Made by a program: the position numbers and the translations under genes. Below are positions 51,990 through 63,010 of a stretch of DNA of 64,000 nt, one piece after another; positions within the stretch are counted from its first letter, which is position 1; the number at the start of each line of letters is the position of its first letter. Location of the stretch: positions 2,272,001 to 2,336,000 of the forward strand of contig CAWFSF010000006.1 of the NCBI GenBank assembly GCA_963818475.1, read 5' to 3'. The DNA comes from Nitrospirota bacterium (GTDB lineage: Bacteria > Nitrospirota > UBA9217). A model generated the notes under the pieces. That model searched no databases, was not told the DNA's origin, and saw only the letters and a list, made by a program, of their open reading frames with translations.

Positions 51990-52246
51990 GGGTCCTCCTG
52001 GCTGCATGCTGAGCCTGTGATCTCAGTCATGATAGATGTCGTACTGCCTCGTAACTGAAAATTACAAGGTGTGCATAGTACCAATATATTCGCTGAACTG
52101 CAACTGTTTTTTTGCTGCCCGGAGCCGCCTAAAACCCTGTTATACCCAGGTAGATGCCGGCAGCAATTAGCACGATCCCGCTGTGCGGCCTTGCCGATCA
52201 GTTCGTTGCATTCCAGGTGTCTGGATATGCGCTATCCCCAATAGAC

Positions 52247-52336
52247 TCAGCCCCTTACCCAGGCAAAGATGAACGCCGAGACAATGATTATCACCCCGGT
52301 GACCACGGCCATGATCAGAGCATACCACCGGCGCAT
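52247..52336 (-). CDS. 29-aa single-TM small protein
   Basis: MRRWYALIMAVVTGVIIIVSAFIFAWVRG; GAGGAG RBS right after the stop of the upstream gene. Confidence 0.6.
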   Translation of the reverse strand: MRRWYALIMAVVTGVIIIVSAFIFAWVRG

Positions 52337-52349
52337 GGGCAGTCTCCTC

Positions 52350-53663
52350 TCAGACGATATTGAAAAGCTCTGAATGAAACTTCGCTACAGGAACCCCCAA
52401 TCTGCGCAGGGCCTTCTCGCAGACATCCATCATCGGTACCGGCCCGCAGATGAAGAACTGGCGCCCCCCCGCTTCAGGGACATGCCGCGCGATCATCTCG
52501 GCGTTGATAAAGCCGCTTTCCCCCTGCCAGCCGGGCGGCGGGTTCTCAATGATATGCACGACCCGCAGGTCCAGAAGCCCCTTGAGTTCATCCAATTCCT
52601 CGCGGAACGCCACACGCTCCCACCGTTTGTTGGCATAGAAGAGCAAAAGCGGGCGGGCGTCGCCCCGGTCCGCCAGCGTCCGAAGCATGCTCATGATGGG
52701 GGCCGCGCCGATGCCTCCTGCGATGAAAACGAAAGCCTCGGCCGGATACCGGTCACAACTGAATGAGCCGTACGGGGCGTCTACGTAGACGGTTTCTCCA
52801 GGGTCGAGCGTTTTGATTTTCCTCGTGAAGTCCCCGCGCTCCTTGATGGTGAACTCCAGGACAGGGGCCTGCCCGGCGCTCGATGCGATGGAGAAGGGAT
52901 GGTCCTTCATAGCGAAAGGCGAGTGCCAGATCGAAAGCCAGGCGAACTGTCCGGGAAGGAACCGGATGCCGCCATGCCCTTTCGGACGTATCCGTATCGT
53001 CCAGTTGTCGCCGCGCTCCCCTTTTACTTTTTCAACAACATAAGGCCTCCGGCGCACCAGCAAGGGGCTTACAATCCACATATACAGGACGAGCCATGCC
53101 CACGCCAGGCCGAGCGCGGACCAGAAGATGCGCTTCCACTGCTCCTGCGTGGAGTAGCCAACGCCTGCGATGTGCCCTATCGCGGCAAGAATCGCGACGA
53201 CGGCCAAAACCCGGTGCCAAAGCCGCCAGTTGTCGTACTCGATGTTGAAACGCTGCCTCACGACAGTCACAACGCTCAGGGAAACGACGGCCAGCGCCGA
53301 GACGATGCCGGCCTTAAAGCTGAGCGGTGTCGTCACCGGGTCCAGGAGCGCGACAGTCGTCGGGTGCGTGAAAAAGATTATCGCCGGATGGACGACGACG
53401 AACCCGCAGACGAGAAGGCCGACGTATTTGTGGAAGTAGTAGATGATGTCGATGCCGAAAGGGGCCGTGGCTGTCTTGAAGCGGGCCGTCAGGGCAAACT
53501 CCATCCCCATTGTCGTGATGCTCATGAACCCCAGGGCCGACGAGAATTCCCACCAGAAGTCTCTTCCCGGCAGGGGCTTGCTGGCCAAAAGCGCAAAAAT
53601 CGGGCCGACTATGATGAAGAGGTAAAGCCCGTACCAGAATCCTCTTGGTATGAAGTAGTTCAT
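52350..53663 (-). CDS. Ferric-reductase-like transmembrane domain with FAD/NAD(P)H-binding domains
   Basis: Heme His residues in TM segments; PGQFAWL, HPFSIAS, APYG, IAGGIG, FFICGP. Confidence 0.88.
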   Translation of the reverse strand: MNYFIPRGFWYGLYLFIIVGPIFALLASKPLPGRDFWWEFSSALGFMSITTMGMEFALTARFKTATAPFGIDIIYYFHKYVGLLVCGFVVVHPAIIFFTHPTTVALLDPVTTPLSFKAGIVSALAVVSLSVVTVVRQRFNIEYDNWRLWHRVLAVVAILAAIGHIAGVGYSTQEQWKRIFWSALGLAWAWLVLYMWIVSPLLVRRRPYVVEKVKGERGDNWTIRIRPKGHGGIRFLPGQFAWLSIWHSPFAMKDHPFSIASSAGQAPVLEFTIKERGDFTRKIKTLDPGETVYVDAPYGSFSCDRYPAEAFVFIAGGIGAAPIMSMLRTLADRGDARPLLLFYANKRWERVAFREELDELKGLLDLRVVHIIENPPPGWQGESGFINAEMIARHVPEAGGRQFFICGPVPMMDVCEKALRRLGVPVAKFHSELFNIV

Positions 53664-53916
53664 CGTTGAACGTCCACGGTTTTCGTCTTATATTTACTTG
53701 TATGACAAAGGCTATTACGGCGTCCTGTTTTATTGAAAAAAGAAGTGTTCAGAGGATGACATGAATACCTGAGGCGTCACCTTGGCCCTTCCTCGACCGC
53801 GCCTGACAGATTCTCTACGATCGAAGACTACACTGCAAACCGACTCAATGGAGGCGCGACAATGAGAAGAAAAAGCATTTTAAGCGTAATGATTGCAGTA
53901 CCACACGATCCTTACA

Positions 53917-54813
53917 TCATGCCTGCTTCGCTTTACAGATGAGCACCGAGCAGTCCGCATGACCGAGGACATTCCGGGCCACGCTTCCGAGCATGCCCCG
54001 GACCCCGCGCATGCCCCTGCTCCCGATGGCGATGACGTCCGCCCCGGTTTCCATCGCCGCTTTGAGTATCTGCTCCGATGGGTCTCCGCTCTTCATCAAA
54101 ATCGCCACGTTCCGGAATTTCTCATTCAGAGCTGTTCGGGCCTGCTCCAGTACCTCCCCGGCATGTTTCGATTCCACCTCTTTCATGCCGGCCACGATCT
54201 TCTTGATCCGATCGTCCATCTCCGGATAAAATCGGTCCGGGATTTCCGTATGCATCGAGGCTGATATGTTCACCGCCGTCATTGTCGTGTCCTTCGAAAA
54301 AGGCAGGGAAACCAGAAGTTTTTCCGTCTCCCTGGCGCAGTCCGAACCGTCGGTGGCAAAGAGTACCTTGAGCGGTCCGCCGGATTTCCCCTGGGGAGGT
54401 TTGACGACCAGGACGGACCTGGGAGCGCTGATGGCCACGGCCCGTGCCACGCTCCCGAGCAGCAGCGCCCCTATCGCCTTCTTTCCCCTGCTGCCCATGA
54501 CGATCAAATCATGGTCGGCCTGTGCTGCCACGGCGAGAATGGCGTCAGCGGGGTGACCCGTGGTCACCGCAGTGGAAACGTTCGCCGGGAGGTCTTTCAG
54601 AAGTCCTGCGGTCTCGTCAATGATGCCAGGCGCGATTTCCTCGCCGAGCTGCACCAATGCGGCGGAATACGGATCGTCGCCGTGCGGAAAGGGTATCCCG
54701 GGCACAACATGCAGCACCGTGATATTGTCCAGTGCCGATAAATCGAACCGCGCCAGAAACCGCGCCGCTCTTTCCGAGTGTTCAGAACCGTCAGTTGCCA
54801 GTAAGAACTTCAT
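53917..54813 (-). CDS. Tandem-domain universal stress protein, copy 1
   Basis: LLATDGSE, DLIVMGSRG...LLGSVA; second domain FATDGS...GSRG..LGSVA. Confidence 0.9.
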   Translation of the reverse strand: MKFLLATDGSEHSERAARFLARFDLSALDNITVLHVVPGIPFPHGDDPYSAALVQLGEEIAPGIIDETAGLLKDLPANVSTAVTTGHPADAILAVAAQADHDLIVMGSRGKKAIGALLLGSVARAVAISAPRSVLVVKPPQGKSGGPLKVLFATDGSDCARETEKLLVSLPFSKDTTMTAVNISASMHTEIPDRFYPEMDDRIKKIVAGMKEVESKHAGEVLEQARTALNEKFRNVAILMKSGDPSEQILKAAMETGADVIAIGSRGMRGVRGMLGSVARNVLGHADCSVLICKAKQA

Positions 54814-54816
54814 TGA

Positions 54817-55092
54817 TCACCTCCTGAGCGCTCCCGATGTCAGTTCACGCGCAGCCGCGTCGGGATCATCGGCGTCTATAGCGCACGAATACCCTTTTGC
54901 CCGGCAGTATTTCACCAGCTTCCCGATTGTATCCCGGAACTCCTCGCACAACGTCATGAGTTCTCCCGTCCCCTCGCAGCCTTTCTTCCGCTCCTTCGCA
55001 AGAAGATAGACTTGAGCGTACTCCCGGGCCTCGTCAAGGAGCGCCGCGAGACGGACATCCGAATTAGATGCCTGCAGCAGACTATCAATCAT
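54817..55092 (-). CDS. Hypothetical Cys-containing protein
   Basis: ORF tightly packed in the operon with a GGAG RBS; no family recognised. Confidence 0.6.
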   Translation of the reverse strand: MIDSLLQASNSDVRLAALLDEAREYAQVYLLAKERKKGCEGTGELMTLCEEFRDTIGKLVKYCRAKGYSCAIDADDPDAAARELTSGALRR

Positions 55093-55136
55093 TTTTAATC
55101 TCCGCCCGCTGTTCTTCCACTCGTTCTTTTATATCC

Positions 55137-56181
55137 TTACCGGGAGGATAAGACTCCGAACAGATACCCGCCAAAGACCGTGAAAACAATGATCAGGCTT
55201 ACGTACGCAACAGTTCGTTTGGTCCCCATGATCTTGCTGACGACCAGGATGCTCGGAAGTGAAAGCACAGGGTCGGCGAGAAGATAGGCCATAAGCGGTC
55301 CTTTTGCCATGCCGAGATCGAGAAAGACCTTTGCCATCGGCACCTCGACCAGTGTCGGGAAATACACAAGCACGCCGAAGATAACAGGGATAATCAGTGC
55401 GGTCAGGGAATTTGATCCCACGTAGGTCGTAACAAACTCCTGGGGCAATAACACCTTGACCATGCCCGATACAAAGACCCCGGCAAGAAGAAGCGGGGCG
55501 ATCGTTTTCGCAAAACCCCAGGTTTCCATCATCCAGCTCTCGATTTCTTCTTTGATAAAGAACTTTTTTGCGATCACGGCGCTCATGCCGATCAGAAGGA
55601 GCACGATCACATACTTGATCCAGGGTACGCTTATCCTTGTCCCGACCAGCAGTATGCCGATGAGGGCGCTGAAAAGATAAAATAATCGCCTTATATCGTG
55701 CTTTTCTCGCTTTTAACAAAGGTATCAGAGGCCTGCGCCTCCTCGTCCTCGTGAAAAAGCTTACTGATGATTATGCCAATGAAACGGCAAACAGGACGGA
55801 AAAGAATATCCGGGCCACTGCCACGTCCCAGCCGATGAGGCTGCCGGTATAAAGAATCGCCACTATGTTCGTCGCCGGGGCGGTATAAAGAAAAGCGATT
55901 GCCGGGCCTATACCTGCGCCTCCCTTTCTTATGCCCGCAAAGAGCGGAAGCACCGTGCAGGAGCAGACCGCAAGCAAAAGACCCGTAACAACCGCAATGG
56001 GATAGGCAACATGCTTTAGGGGAGTTTTTCCCAAGGTATGGCAGACAGCAGGTCCTTGGGGATCAGCGCTGCCATTGCCCCGGCAATGAAAAAGGCCGGG
56101 ACAAGACAGAAAAGCGTATGCGCAAGCACATAGTCGTAGATCAGCCTCAAGCCCTGAGGAAACTAAAAGGGAGATGTTCAT
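55137..56181 (-). CDS. ArsP/DUF318-type permease (several frameshifts)
   Basis: LVPAFFIAGA (alternate frame), LAVCSCTVLPLF, FLYTAPATN, YFPTLVEVP, GPLMAYLL. Confidence 0.8.
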
Positions 56182-56182
56182 G

Positions 56183-56416
56183 TTACCTCCTCAGGAAACC
56201 TACTATTTCCTCAACGCTCGGTATCTTCCCGCTTGCCACTGTTTTGCCGTCTATCACCAATGCCGGGGTCATAAATATGCCCCTCTCGATAATTTTGGTC
56301 ATGTCATAGACATGTTCTACCGTTGCGTCGACTCCTGCAATTGCAACCGCTTCCTTTGCCCGTTTTTCGAGTTCCGCACATTTACTGCAGCCTGAACCGC
56401 AAACTTCGATCTTCAT
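56183..56416 (-). CDS. Small redox-active disulfide protein (thioredoxin-like)
   Basis: MKIEVCGSGCSKC, TPALVIDG, SGKIPS. Confidence 0.88.
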   Translation of the reverse strand: MKIEVCGSGCSKCAELEKRAKEAVAIAGVDATVEHVYDMTKIIERGIFMTPALVIDGKTVASGKIPSVEEIVGFLRR

Positions 56417-56503
56417 TGTTCGCCTCCTTGCTATAAAACATTAAACACTTTAGCGGGTCTGTCTTTCACCAAAAAGCCACCGAAGAAAGCCGGTCCCGCC
56501 GGT

Positions 56504-57408
56504 TTAAGCTGTCTCTTCCTTACGCTTGCAGATCAGGACCGAGCAGTCCGCGTGGGCGAGGACGTTCCGGGCCACGCTGCCGAGCATGCCGCTGACGCCG
56601 CGCATCCCCCTGCTTCCGAGAGCAATGATGTCCGCCCTGTGTTTCCCGCGCAGCCTGGAGGATCTGTTCCGACGGGTCTCCATTTTTGATCAGCACCGCC
56701 ACGTTCTGGAACTTTGTCCTGCAGCCGTGTTCTGGCCTGTTCCAGTACTTTTTCCGCATGTTTCGTTTCCGCTTCCTTCATCCCTGCCATGATCTTCTTT
56801 AACCGCTCGTCCAGGCCCGGACAGAACCGGTCGGGAATGTCCATATACGTTGAGAGCGAGACGTACACAGCCGTGACGCTCGTGTCAGGATGAAAGGGAA
56901 TCAGGGAAAGGACCCTCTCCGTTTCCCTGGCGCATTCCGAGCCGTCGGTGGCAAAGAGCACCTTGAGCGGTCCGTCTGGTTTCTCCTGGGGCGGCTTGAC
57001 GACCAGGACGGATTGCGGAGAGTTGATCGCCACGGCCCGCGTTACGCTCCCGAGCAGCAGCGAACCGATCGCCTTCATTCCCCGGTTTCCCATAACGATG
57101 AGATCAGGACCGGATTGCGCGGCCACGTCGATGATGGCCTCGGCTGGATGGCCCGTGGTCACTACGGTGGACACGTTCGCCCGGAGGCCTTTCAGTAATT
57201 CCGGCGGTCTCATCAATGATCCTGGGCGCAAGTTCCTCGCCGAGCTGCATCAAAGCCGCGTTGTAAGGCCCGCCGCTGTGAGGAAACGGCAATCCGGGAT
57301 GACGTGCAGCACGGTGATCTCATCGGCCTGTGAAAACTCGAAGCGCGCCAGAAAACGCGCCGCACCATCCGAATATTCCGAACCGTCTGTGGCAAGTAAA
57401 ATCTTCAT
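56504..57408 (-). CDS. Universal stress protein, copy 2 (multiple frameshifts)
   Basis: Paralogous to 53917-54813 across several frames; start MKILLATDGSEY. Confidence 0.78.
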
Positions 57409-57565
57409 GGATCACCTCCTGATTGTTCGATATCAGCGCATGCGCCGCTGCTTCGGGATCATGGGAGCTAATAAAGCTGCCGTCAGTACTATTCCGAAAC
57501 CCTAAAAGATCGCGTTTATCCGATGCTGATGAGTTTTTTTGCTATTTCGCCGCACCATTTGGCGC

Positions 57566-57995
57566 CTATTCTCCAGACACCTCCGCAATAACGGGAAGAT
57601 ATTCCTTCTTTGTTGCTTTTTTGCGCAACAGGAGCAGGACCAGAACGCCGACGATCAGGCCAGAGCATGCCGAGCGCAACACCGTAAGCTCAGACGGCCA
57701 CCCAAACCGGGCCGCAAGCGGAATACCTCCCGCAATGCCGATCAAAAACAACAGTACCGGTATTCCATACACCGCCGCCACTGCCTTCATGTACACAACG
57801 GACTCAAGGCGCACCCGAACCCGGTCGCCTACCTTTGCCTGAGCAACGTTTACCGCTTCGAACACGACCCTTCCGCCCATTGCCAAGTCCTCGACTTACC
57901 CGCAGACCGCACTGGGCGCACGCGGACGTCCGCTCAACCTCCACGGCGGCCTTCCCGCCGATAATCTTCACTACACGTTCGACGTCTTCCATCAC
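57566..57995 (-). CDS. RseC/MucC family protein (frameshift near 57890)
   Basis: VEVERTSACAQCG, AKVGDRVRV, YGIPVLLF plus two TM. Confidence 0.7.
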
Positions 57996-58287
57996 TGCAC
58001 TGCTCCGTGTTCATATGCTGCTTTCTTTATTATGACACGTGCCGCTTTGTTTAGTTGACTTTTCCCGTGCCAAGACCGTTTTTCTGCGTACCAACGTTTT
58101 CCTTTGCAACAGGTATGTCGACGGCGCAGTATCGCGCAGGAGTATGCACTTTGCTTCACTTTTCTGTTCTTTCGCGAATGTTTAATCCATGGGCTTGTTC
58201 TGCTGATATTGACCCGCTTTTACTTCACCGCATATTTGTAATCGTTGTCCTTCTTTCCGCCTAGGTCTTTGTAAGAGACAAATCGCT

Positions 58288-59224
58288 TCATTTCAAAATC
58301 CCCTTCACGATCACATCCACCGCCTCCTCGGGAGAAAGGCCATGGGCCATGAGCGTTTCGAGCTGCCGCTTATCAACACTGCCGATGGCTGCTTCATGAG
58401 TCACCTTCGCGAGCGGATGGGTCACACTCACCATGGGGATCGCCTTTGCCACGGCATTGTCCTTCACGATTTCCACGCAGTCCACATGACCTCGCGCGCC
58501 GGCGGCATTGCCTTCGGTGATTCCTTTGACCTCGGCCGTGGCCTCATCCTCGATTGCGACCCTCGCTTTGATGAGTCCTCGGGCGTTCTCGCCTGCGAGC
58601 GTGACCTTCTCCTTGATCTTCACATCGTCGTTCGCATGTCCGAAAACACGGGCAACAAGCTCGACCACGGCATTCTCGCCTGCGGTAACGTCGTAATCGA
58701 TATCGAGCTTGCCGACCCTCCCATTCACAGAGTGTAAAGTCCGTATAGAACCTGCTGTTCTTGCCGACAACGACCGTGAGCTTCGGTACGACCTCGATGC
58801 CGCCATAAACACCGTGATAATGGGTCTCGGAATAGCGCATCTCGGCCCCTTCACCGATATCGACCACGGCGTACATGAGGTGTCTTACTTTCTCGGCCTT
58901 GGGGAATATGCAGTGGGCTATAAAGGTGGCTGATGAATTCTTTTCAAGCTTCACGTCCATCTCGATCTTCTGCGTCCCCTTTTTATGGAGCACGCCAAAG
59001 CAGAGGTGAACAGGCTTCTGAAGTTTAACTCCTTCACGGACCGTGACCTTTGCGCTGATGCCGTTCCTCATCTCCCTCGCACGAACGTCGATTCCCTCGA
59101 CCTCACGAGCGCTCAGAATATTACTTCCGCTTACAGACAGGTGGGCAATGCCCGTGTCAGCGAGCGCACCCTTGTCCCCGCCCGCCTCTCCGAAAGCCTT
59201 CAGCAATTCATCGAGCTCAGACAT
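58288..59224 (-). CDS. smsB: SufB-like scaffold (SmsB), copy 2 (frameshift near 58730)
   Basis: Closely similar to copy 1; RGHVDCVEIV, VTHEAAIGSVD. Confidence 0.85.
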
Positions 59225-59932
59225 AGGCGCACGCTTCCCCGTCGCAGACAAGACATTTTCTCGTTTTGTAGTATTCGGCAACCTTCACCGGGTTGCCTGA
59301 ACAGACGATCTTCCCATTGCATACCTGCGAGGCCCGGTCGGCGATAAGAGCTATCTCCTCCCTGTGGGTAATGAGCAGGACGGAAGACCCCGCTTGCTTG
59401 AAAGCTTGTATCACATTGATGATGTCTTGCGTTGAAAGCATATCGATTCCCGAATCGGGCTCGTCAAGAATTGCTAGCCGCGGATTCATCGCCAGCAGGG
59501 ACGCAAGCTCGATTCTCTTTCGCTCCCCTCCGCTCAGAGACTTATCAACCATTCTGCGAAGGTAAAGCTCCGGATGAAGTCCTACCATCGCAAGGCAAGA
59601 TGACGGATCTCTCTCTTTATTCTTGATGGTCAGATAATCCCTGACCGATATACCCTCAAATCTCACCGGTTCTTGCCATGCCATGGTGATCCCGAGCCGT
59701 GCCCGTTCATAAATATTCAGGTCATTGATGACCTTGCCGTCAAACACTATGTTCCCTGATGACGGCCGGTATCCCCGCAGCCCATGATGAGACTGGCGAG
59801 GGTGCTCTTCCCGGTCCCATTTGTGCCGAGAAGAGCATGGACCTCCGAAGTCTCCATGGCCAAGGAGAACTCGTCGAGAATTGTTTTATCGCCCGCCCGG
59901 AAGGCAAGGTCGTTAATCTCCAGTAGTGACAT
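59217..59932 (-). CDS. smsC: SufC-like ATPase (SmsC), copy 2 (frameshift near 59770)
   Basis: GTNGTGKST, LSGGERKRIE, C-terminal CLVCDGEAC. Confidence 0.85.
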
Positions 59933-59952
59933 AATTTAGATACCCTCCGTGA

Positions 59953-60357
59953 TTACCGGATGGAATTATCCTTTTCCGTCGCCGGTTTGATGTCGAGGAC
60001 GGGCGTCCCGTCCAACATGTCCAGGCCTTGGATACGAATAACGCTGCCTTCGACGCCGAGGACTTCCACAACCGACATGCCGATGGGATTCGGCCTGATT
60101 GGCGAACAAATGCTGAAGACACCTAACCGCTCGTTGCGGTGCGGAGGAGTTTGTACCAGAAATTCCGGAGTGAATTGTAGGCTTTGATGGAAATAAAAAA
60201 GCACGACAATGCTCTGCCCGGCCTTGAGGTCCTTAAGTCCTTGGGCATACTCTTCATTGATAATTATAGCACCTTCAACTTCGGACACGGTCCAGTGCCT
60301 CGGGACCTTCCCGACATCGGTTTTCACGAAACCTATCGGTTCAAATTCGATCTTCAT
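59953..60357 (-). CDS. tsaA: TsaA/TrmO-like SAM-binding protein
   Basis: PIGFV, GVFSICSPIRPNPIGMS, GLDMLDGTPVLDIKP. Confidence 0.85.
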   Translation of the reverse strand: MKIEFEPIGFVKTDVGKVPRHWTVSEVEGAIIINEEYAQGLKDLKAGQSIVVLFYFHQSLQFTPEFLVQTPPHRNERLGVFSICSPIRPNPIGMSVVEVLGVEGSVIRIQGLDMLDGTPVLDIKPATEKDNSIR

Positions 60358-61121
60358 GACTGACCCCGCTTTAGTAGCCCCCACGCCATCTTCGCCGCTA
60401 TAACGTAGAGCACGATGCCGATGATCTTCTTCACCTGATTGGCGTCGAGCTTTTTGTGCATGAGCCATGATCCCAGGATCGCACCCGCGATTGACCCAAC
60501 GGCAGCGAACGTCAGCAGGTTCCAGTTGATGCTACCCATGGCCGCATGGCCGAAGAAACCCGAGAGTGACGAGAATACGACGATGAAAGCCGTGGTAGCC
60601 GCTGCTTTTTTTGGATCAATACCGAGCCAGACGAGAGCCGGAACAATGAAGTTTCCACCGCCCACGCCCAAGAGCCCGCCGAGGTACCCCGCGCCTATAC
60701 CCAGACCGATGCCGGTCTTGAGTTCCTTTCCGCTGTCTCTCTGACCCTCCGTTTTCTTTTTCGGTTTATAAAAAAGCATCATCGATGCCGCGAAGACCAG
60801 AAAGAGCACGAATAGTAGAATCAGAACGTTTTTGGGGAAGTACTTCGTCGAATATGCGCCCAGGGGAGAAAAAACGACTGCAAGCACAATGATCGGAATG
60901 GCAGTCCTGAACAGAACAAGGTTGTAGCGGATATAGTTGGCCGACGCAAAGGTCATGCTGATGGCGTTCAACAGCAGGCCGATGGCCATGGCCTCCGTAA
61001 GCGGTACGCCGAGCCAGTAGAATGTGGGTATTACGATGAAGGCCGATCCCACGCCCGCAATGGTAAGGACCGTGGTGAATACAAAAACGAGAACGGCTGC
61101 GGCTGCATTAATGGCAAGCAT
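60354..61121 (-). CDS. TauE/SafE sulfite-exporter family protein
   Basis: GVGSAFIVIP, GLLGVGGGNFIVP, AAATT; multi-TM. Confidence 0.88.
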   Translation of the reverse strand: MLAINAAAAVLVFVFTTVLTIAGVGSAFIVIPTFYWLGVPLTEAMAIGLLLNAISMTFASANYIRYNLVLFRTAIPIIVLAVVFSPLGAYSTKYFPKNVLILLFVLFLVFAASMMLFYKPKKKTEGQRDSGKELKTGIGLGIGAGYLGGLLGVGGGNFIVPALVWLGIDPKKAAATTAFIVVFSSLSGFFGHAAMGSINWNLLTFAAVGSIAGAILGSWLMHKKLDANQVKKIIGIVLYVIAAKMAWGLLKRGQS

Positions 61122-61289
61122 GACAGGTCTCCTTTTTTGCCGGACCATACCCGCACAGAACAGCTTGCCTCAAGGAAGGCAAAGAACGCAGAGAAAAAAG
61201 ACCCCCCTGACGAACAGGCATACTCTCCGTTCTCTGCGATCTCTGCTGTAAGTCTTACTTTCCGCGCGACGGGTACGACAGGCTTCTCT

Positions 61290-61898
61290 CTATTTCCCGT
61301 GCTCGGCGCAGGGAATGCAAAGAAGCCGTCCGTCAGGAGCCTTTGTCAGTTTATCGGTGAACACCGTCTCTCCGCATTTCGCGCAGCGTTTTACCTCGAA
61401 GTTCGGAGATCCTTTTTTCAAGTCTTTGTGAAACACGTCGCTGATATTCAGGAAGTCGGCTTCGGAAAGCCCAACTATCCGATCGACAAGAGGATCCGTA
61501 ATCGACGCGGGAATATCCTGAGGCGGCACTCCTTTTTTCCTCTCCTGTACAAATGGCGAATTGAGCGCTTTTTCGAAGAATTCCGGCTTCAGTGAGACCC
61601 TGACAGCTTTTCCGGTCCTGGCGTCGATAAGCGTGAAAGCCATTTTATTGTAATAAAGTTTTTGGATGTTAGCCTTGCCGTAGGTGCAGCCGGTGGCGGT
61701 CATGATGCCATCCAGGAAGCACCCGGCGGCATGTCCTTTGCCCGTCTCCGCTTCCACGAAGAGTTCTTTGTCCTTCGATCGTTCAACGCCGAGCGCCTTC
61801 ATGGCCGCGAGACCTGCCCTCAGGCCCATGGGCATGGCCGGGCATTTGTGGCCGTGAAACTTCATTGCGGTGTCAAAATACTCAGTAAATTCTTTCAT
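61290..61898 (-). CDS. FmdE-family protein with a C-terminal Zn finger
   Basis: FHGHKCP..PMG, CFLDG...TGCT.GK, CAKCGE...CIPC. Confidence 0.88.
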   Translation of the reverse strand: MKEFTEYFDTAMKFHGHKCPAMPMGLRAGLAAMKALGVERSKDKELFVEAETGKGHAAGCFLDGIMTATGCTYGKANIQKLYYNKMAFTLIDARTGKAVRVSLKPEFFEKALNSPFVQERKKGVPPQDIPASITDPLVDRIVGLSEADFLNISDVFHKDLKKGSPNFEVKRCAKCGETVFTDKLTKAPDGRLLCIPCAEHGK

Positions 61899-62047
61899 TG
61901 CAGGCCTCCGTTAGTGTTTGAATGACATGGTTCTTCCCTGGCGAACGCAAATGCGGTTCTGAGGATCACCAGCCATTCCACCAGCAGCGGCAAATGACAG
62001 AAAAACGTTTTTTAATCCTTACTTTTCGTTGTCGCATGATCGGATCT

Positions 62048-62737
62048 TCAAAAGTTAACTATTCCAAGATAGAGCCCTGCAGCCACAAGCAATGCACCGC
62101 TGAACCGTTTCGAGTATAAGGAGAAGTTCTTAATTCCTTTCGAACTCACCATGCTCTCCGTCAGCCCGATGGAAAGACCTGCAATAAAGATCAACGCGCA
62201 ATGTCCCACGGCATACACGAAGAGAAGCGACCCGCCGTACAGAACATCACCCTGAGTGGAAACGTAAGCAAGTATCACGGCCAGCACCGGCGTGGCGCAG
62301 GGAGACGAGACGGTGCCGGTCAAAAGTCCGAGGAGGAACGCGCCCCAGAGGCCCCGGGACTTCACCTGCCGTGTTTTCTGGAACGGCAGCGGAATCGAGA
62401 TGAAGCCCATGAGCTGGAGCCCCATGGCCACGGCGATCACCGCAAGGCCGATATACAGCCACTGGCCCGCAAAAGAAAGGAATTGGCCCATGGCCGATGC
62501 CGCAGCGCCGAGGACCGTGAAGGTGATGGACAGTCCGAGAATGAATACGAGTGAGTAGATCGCGGCTTTCTTCTTATCCCCCCCGGAATAACCGCCCACG
62601 TACCCGATGATCAGCGGTATGGCCGCGAGCACGCAGGGACTCGCTGCGGAGATCAGACCGCCGGCAAAGACGGCCAGAAACGCCAGGCTGTGATTGTTCT
62701 GGATGATCGTCTGAATATTTTCCAATAAGTGCTGCAT
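62048..62737 (-). CDS. ccdA: CcdA-type thiol-disulfide transporter
   Basis: SPCVLAAIP, SPCATPVL; six TM. Confidence 0.85.
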   Translation of the reverse strand: MQHLLENIQTIIQNNHSLAFLAVFAGGLISAASPCVLAAIPLIIGYVGGYSGGDKKKAAIYSLVFILGLSITFTVLGAAASAMGQFLSFAGQWLYIGLAVIAVAMGLQLMGFISIPLPFQKTRQVKSRGLWGAFLLGLLTGTVSSPCATPVLAVILAYVSTQGDVLYGGSLLFVYAVGHCALIFIAGLSIGLTESMVSSKGIKNFSLYSKRFSGALLVAAGLYLGIVNF

Positions 62738-62763
62738 AGCGAATACCTTATGTAAGGGCTGTT

Positions 62764-62982
62764 TTAAGTTTCCGTGAGTCTTTCCTTTGCTTTGTCCACC
62801 ACACGGCGGACATCGCCCAGGCATCACCTGCCGAGCGGATTCTTTTCGCCGCAGGAGCATCCACCGCCCTTTTTCTCAGCCATGATCTTTTCCATGATCA
62901 GGGAGCGGCCGTTGTTTGCCAGAACATCTTTTGTTATGTCTTCTTCTGAATATCCAAAACAGTAGCAAATCTGATTTTTCAA
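62764..62982 (-). CDS. BFD-like / CopZ-N-type [2Fe-2S] selenoprotein (Sec at UGA 62826-62824), 72 aa
   Basis: TTG start; ICYCFGYS...CSCGEKNPLGR-U-CLGDVRRVV; SECIS-like hairpin follows. Confidence 0.82.
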
Positions 62983-63010
62983 GATTCGGTCCCCCGCCAG
63001 GGCATTTAAC

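Noticed and set aside
58060-58075. TGGCAC on the minus strand as a sigma54 promoter
   Set aside because: No TTGC at the -12 position
61910-62040. Short ORF between ccdA and the FmdE-family gene
   Set aside because: No clear RBS or recognisable motif; possibly a frameshifted remnant, not supportable
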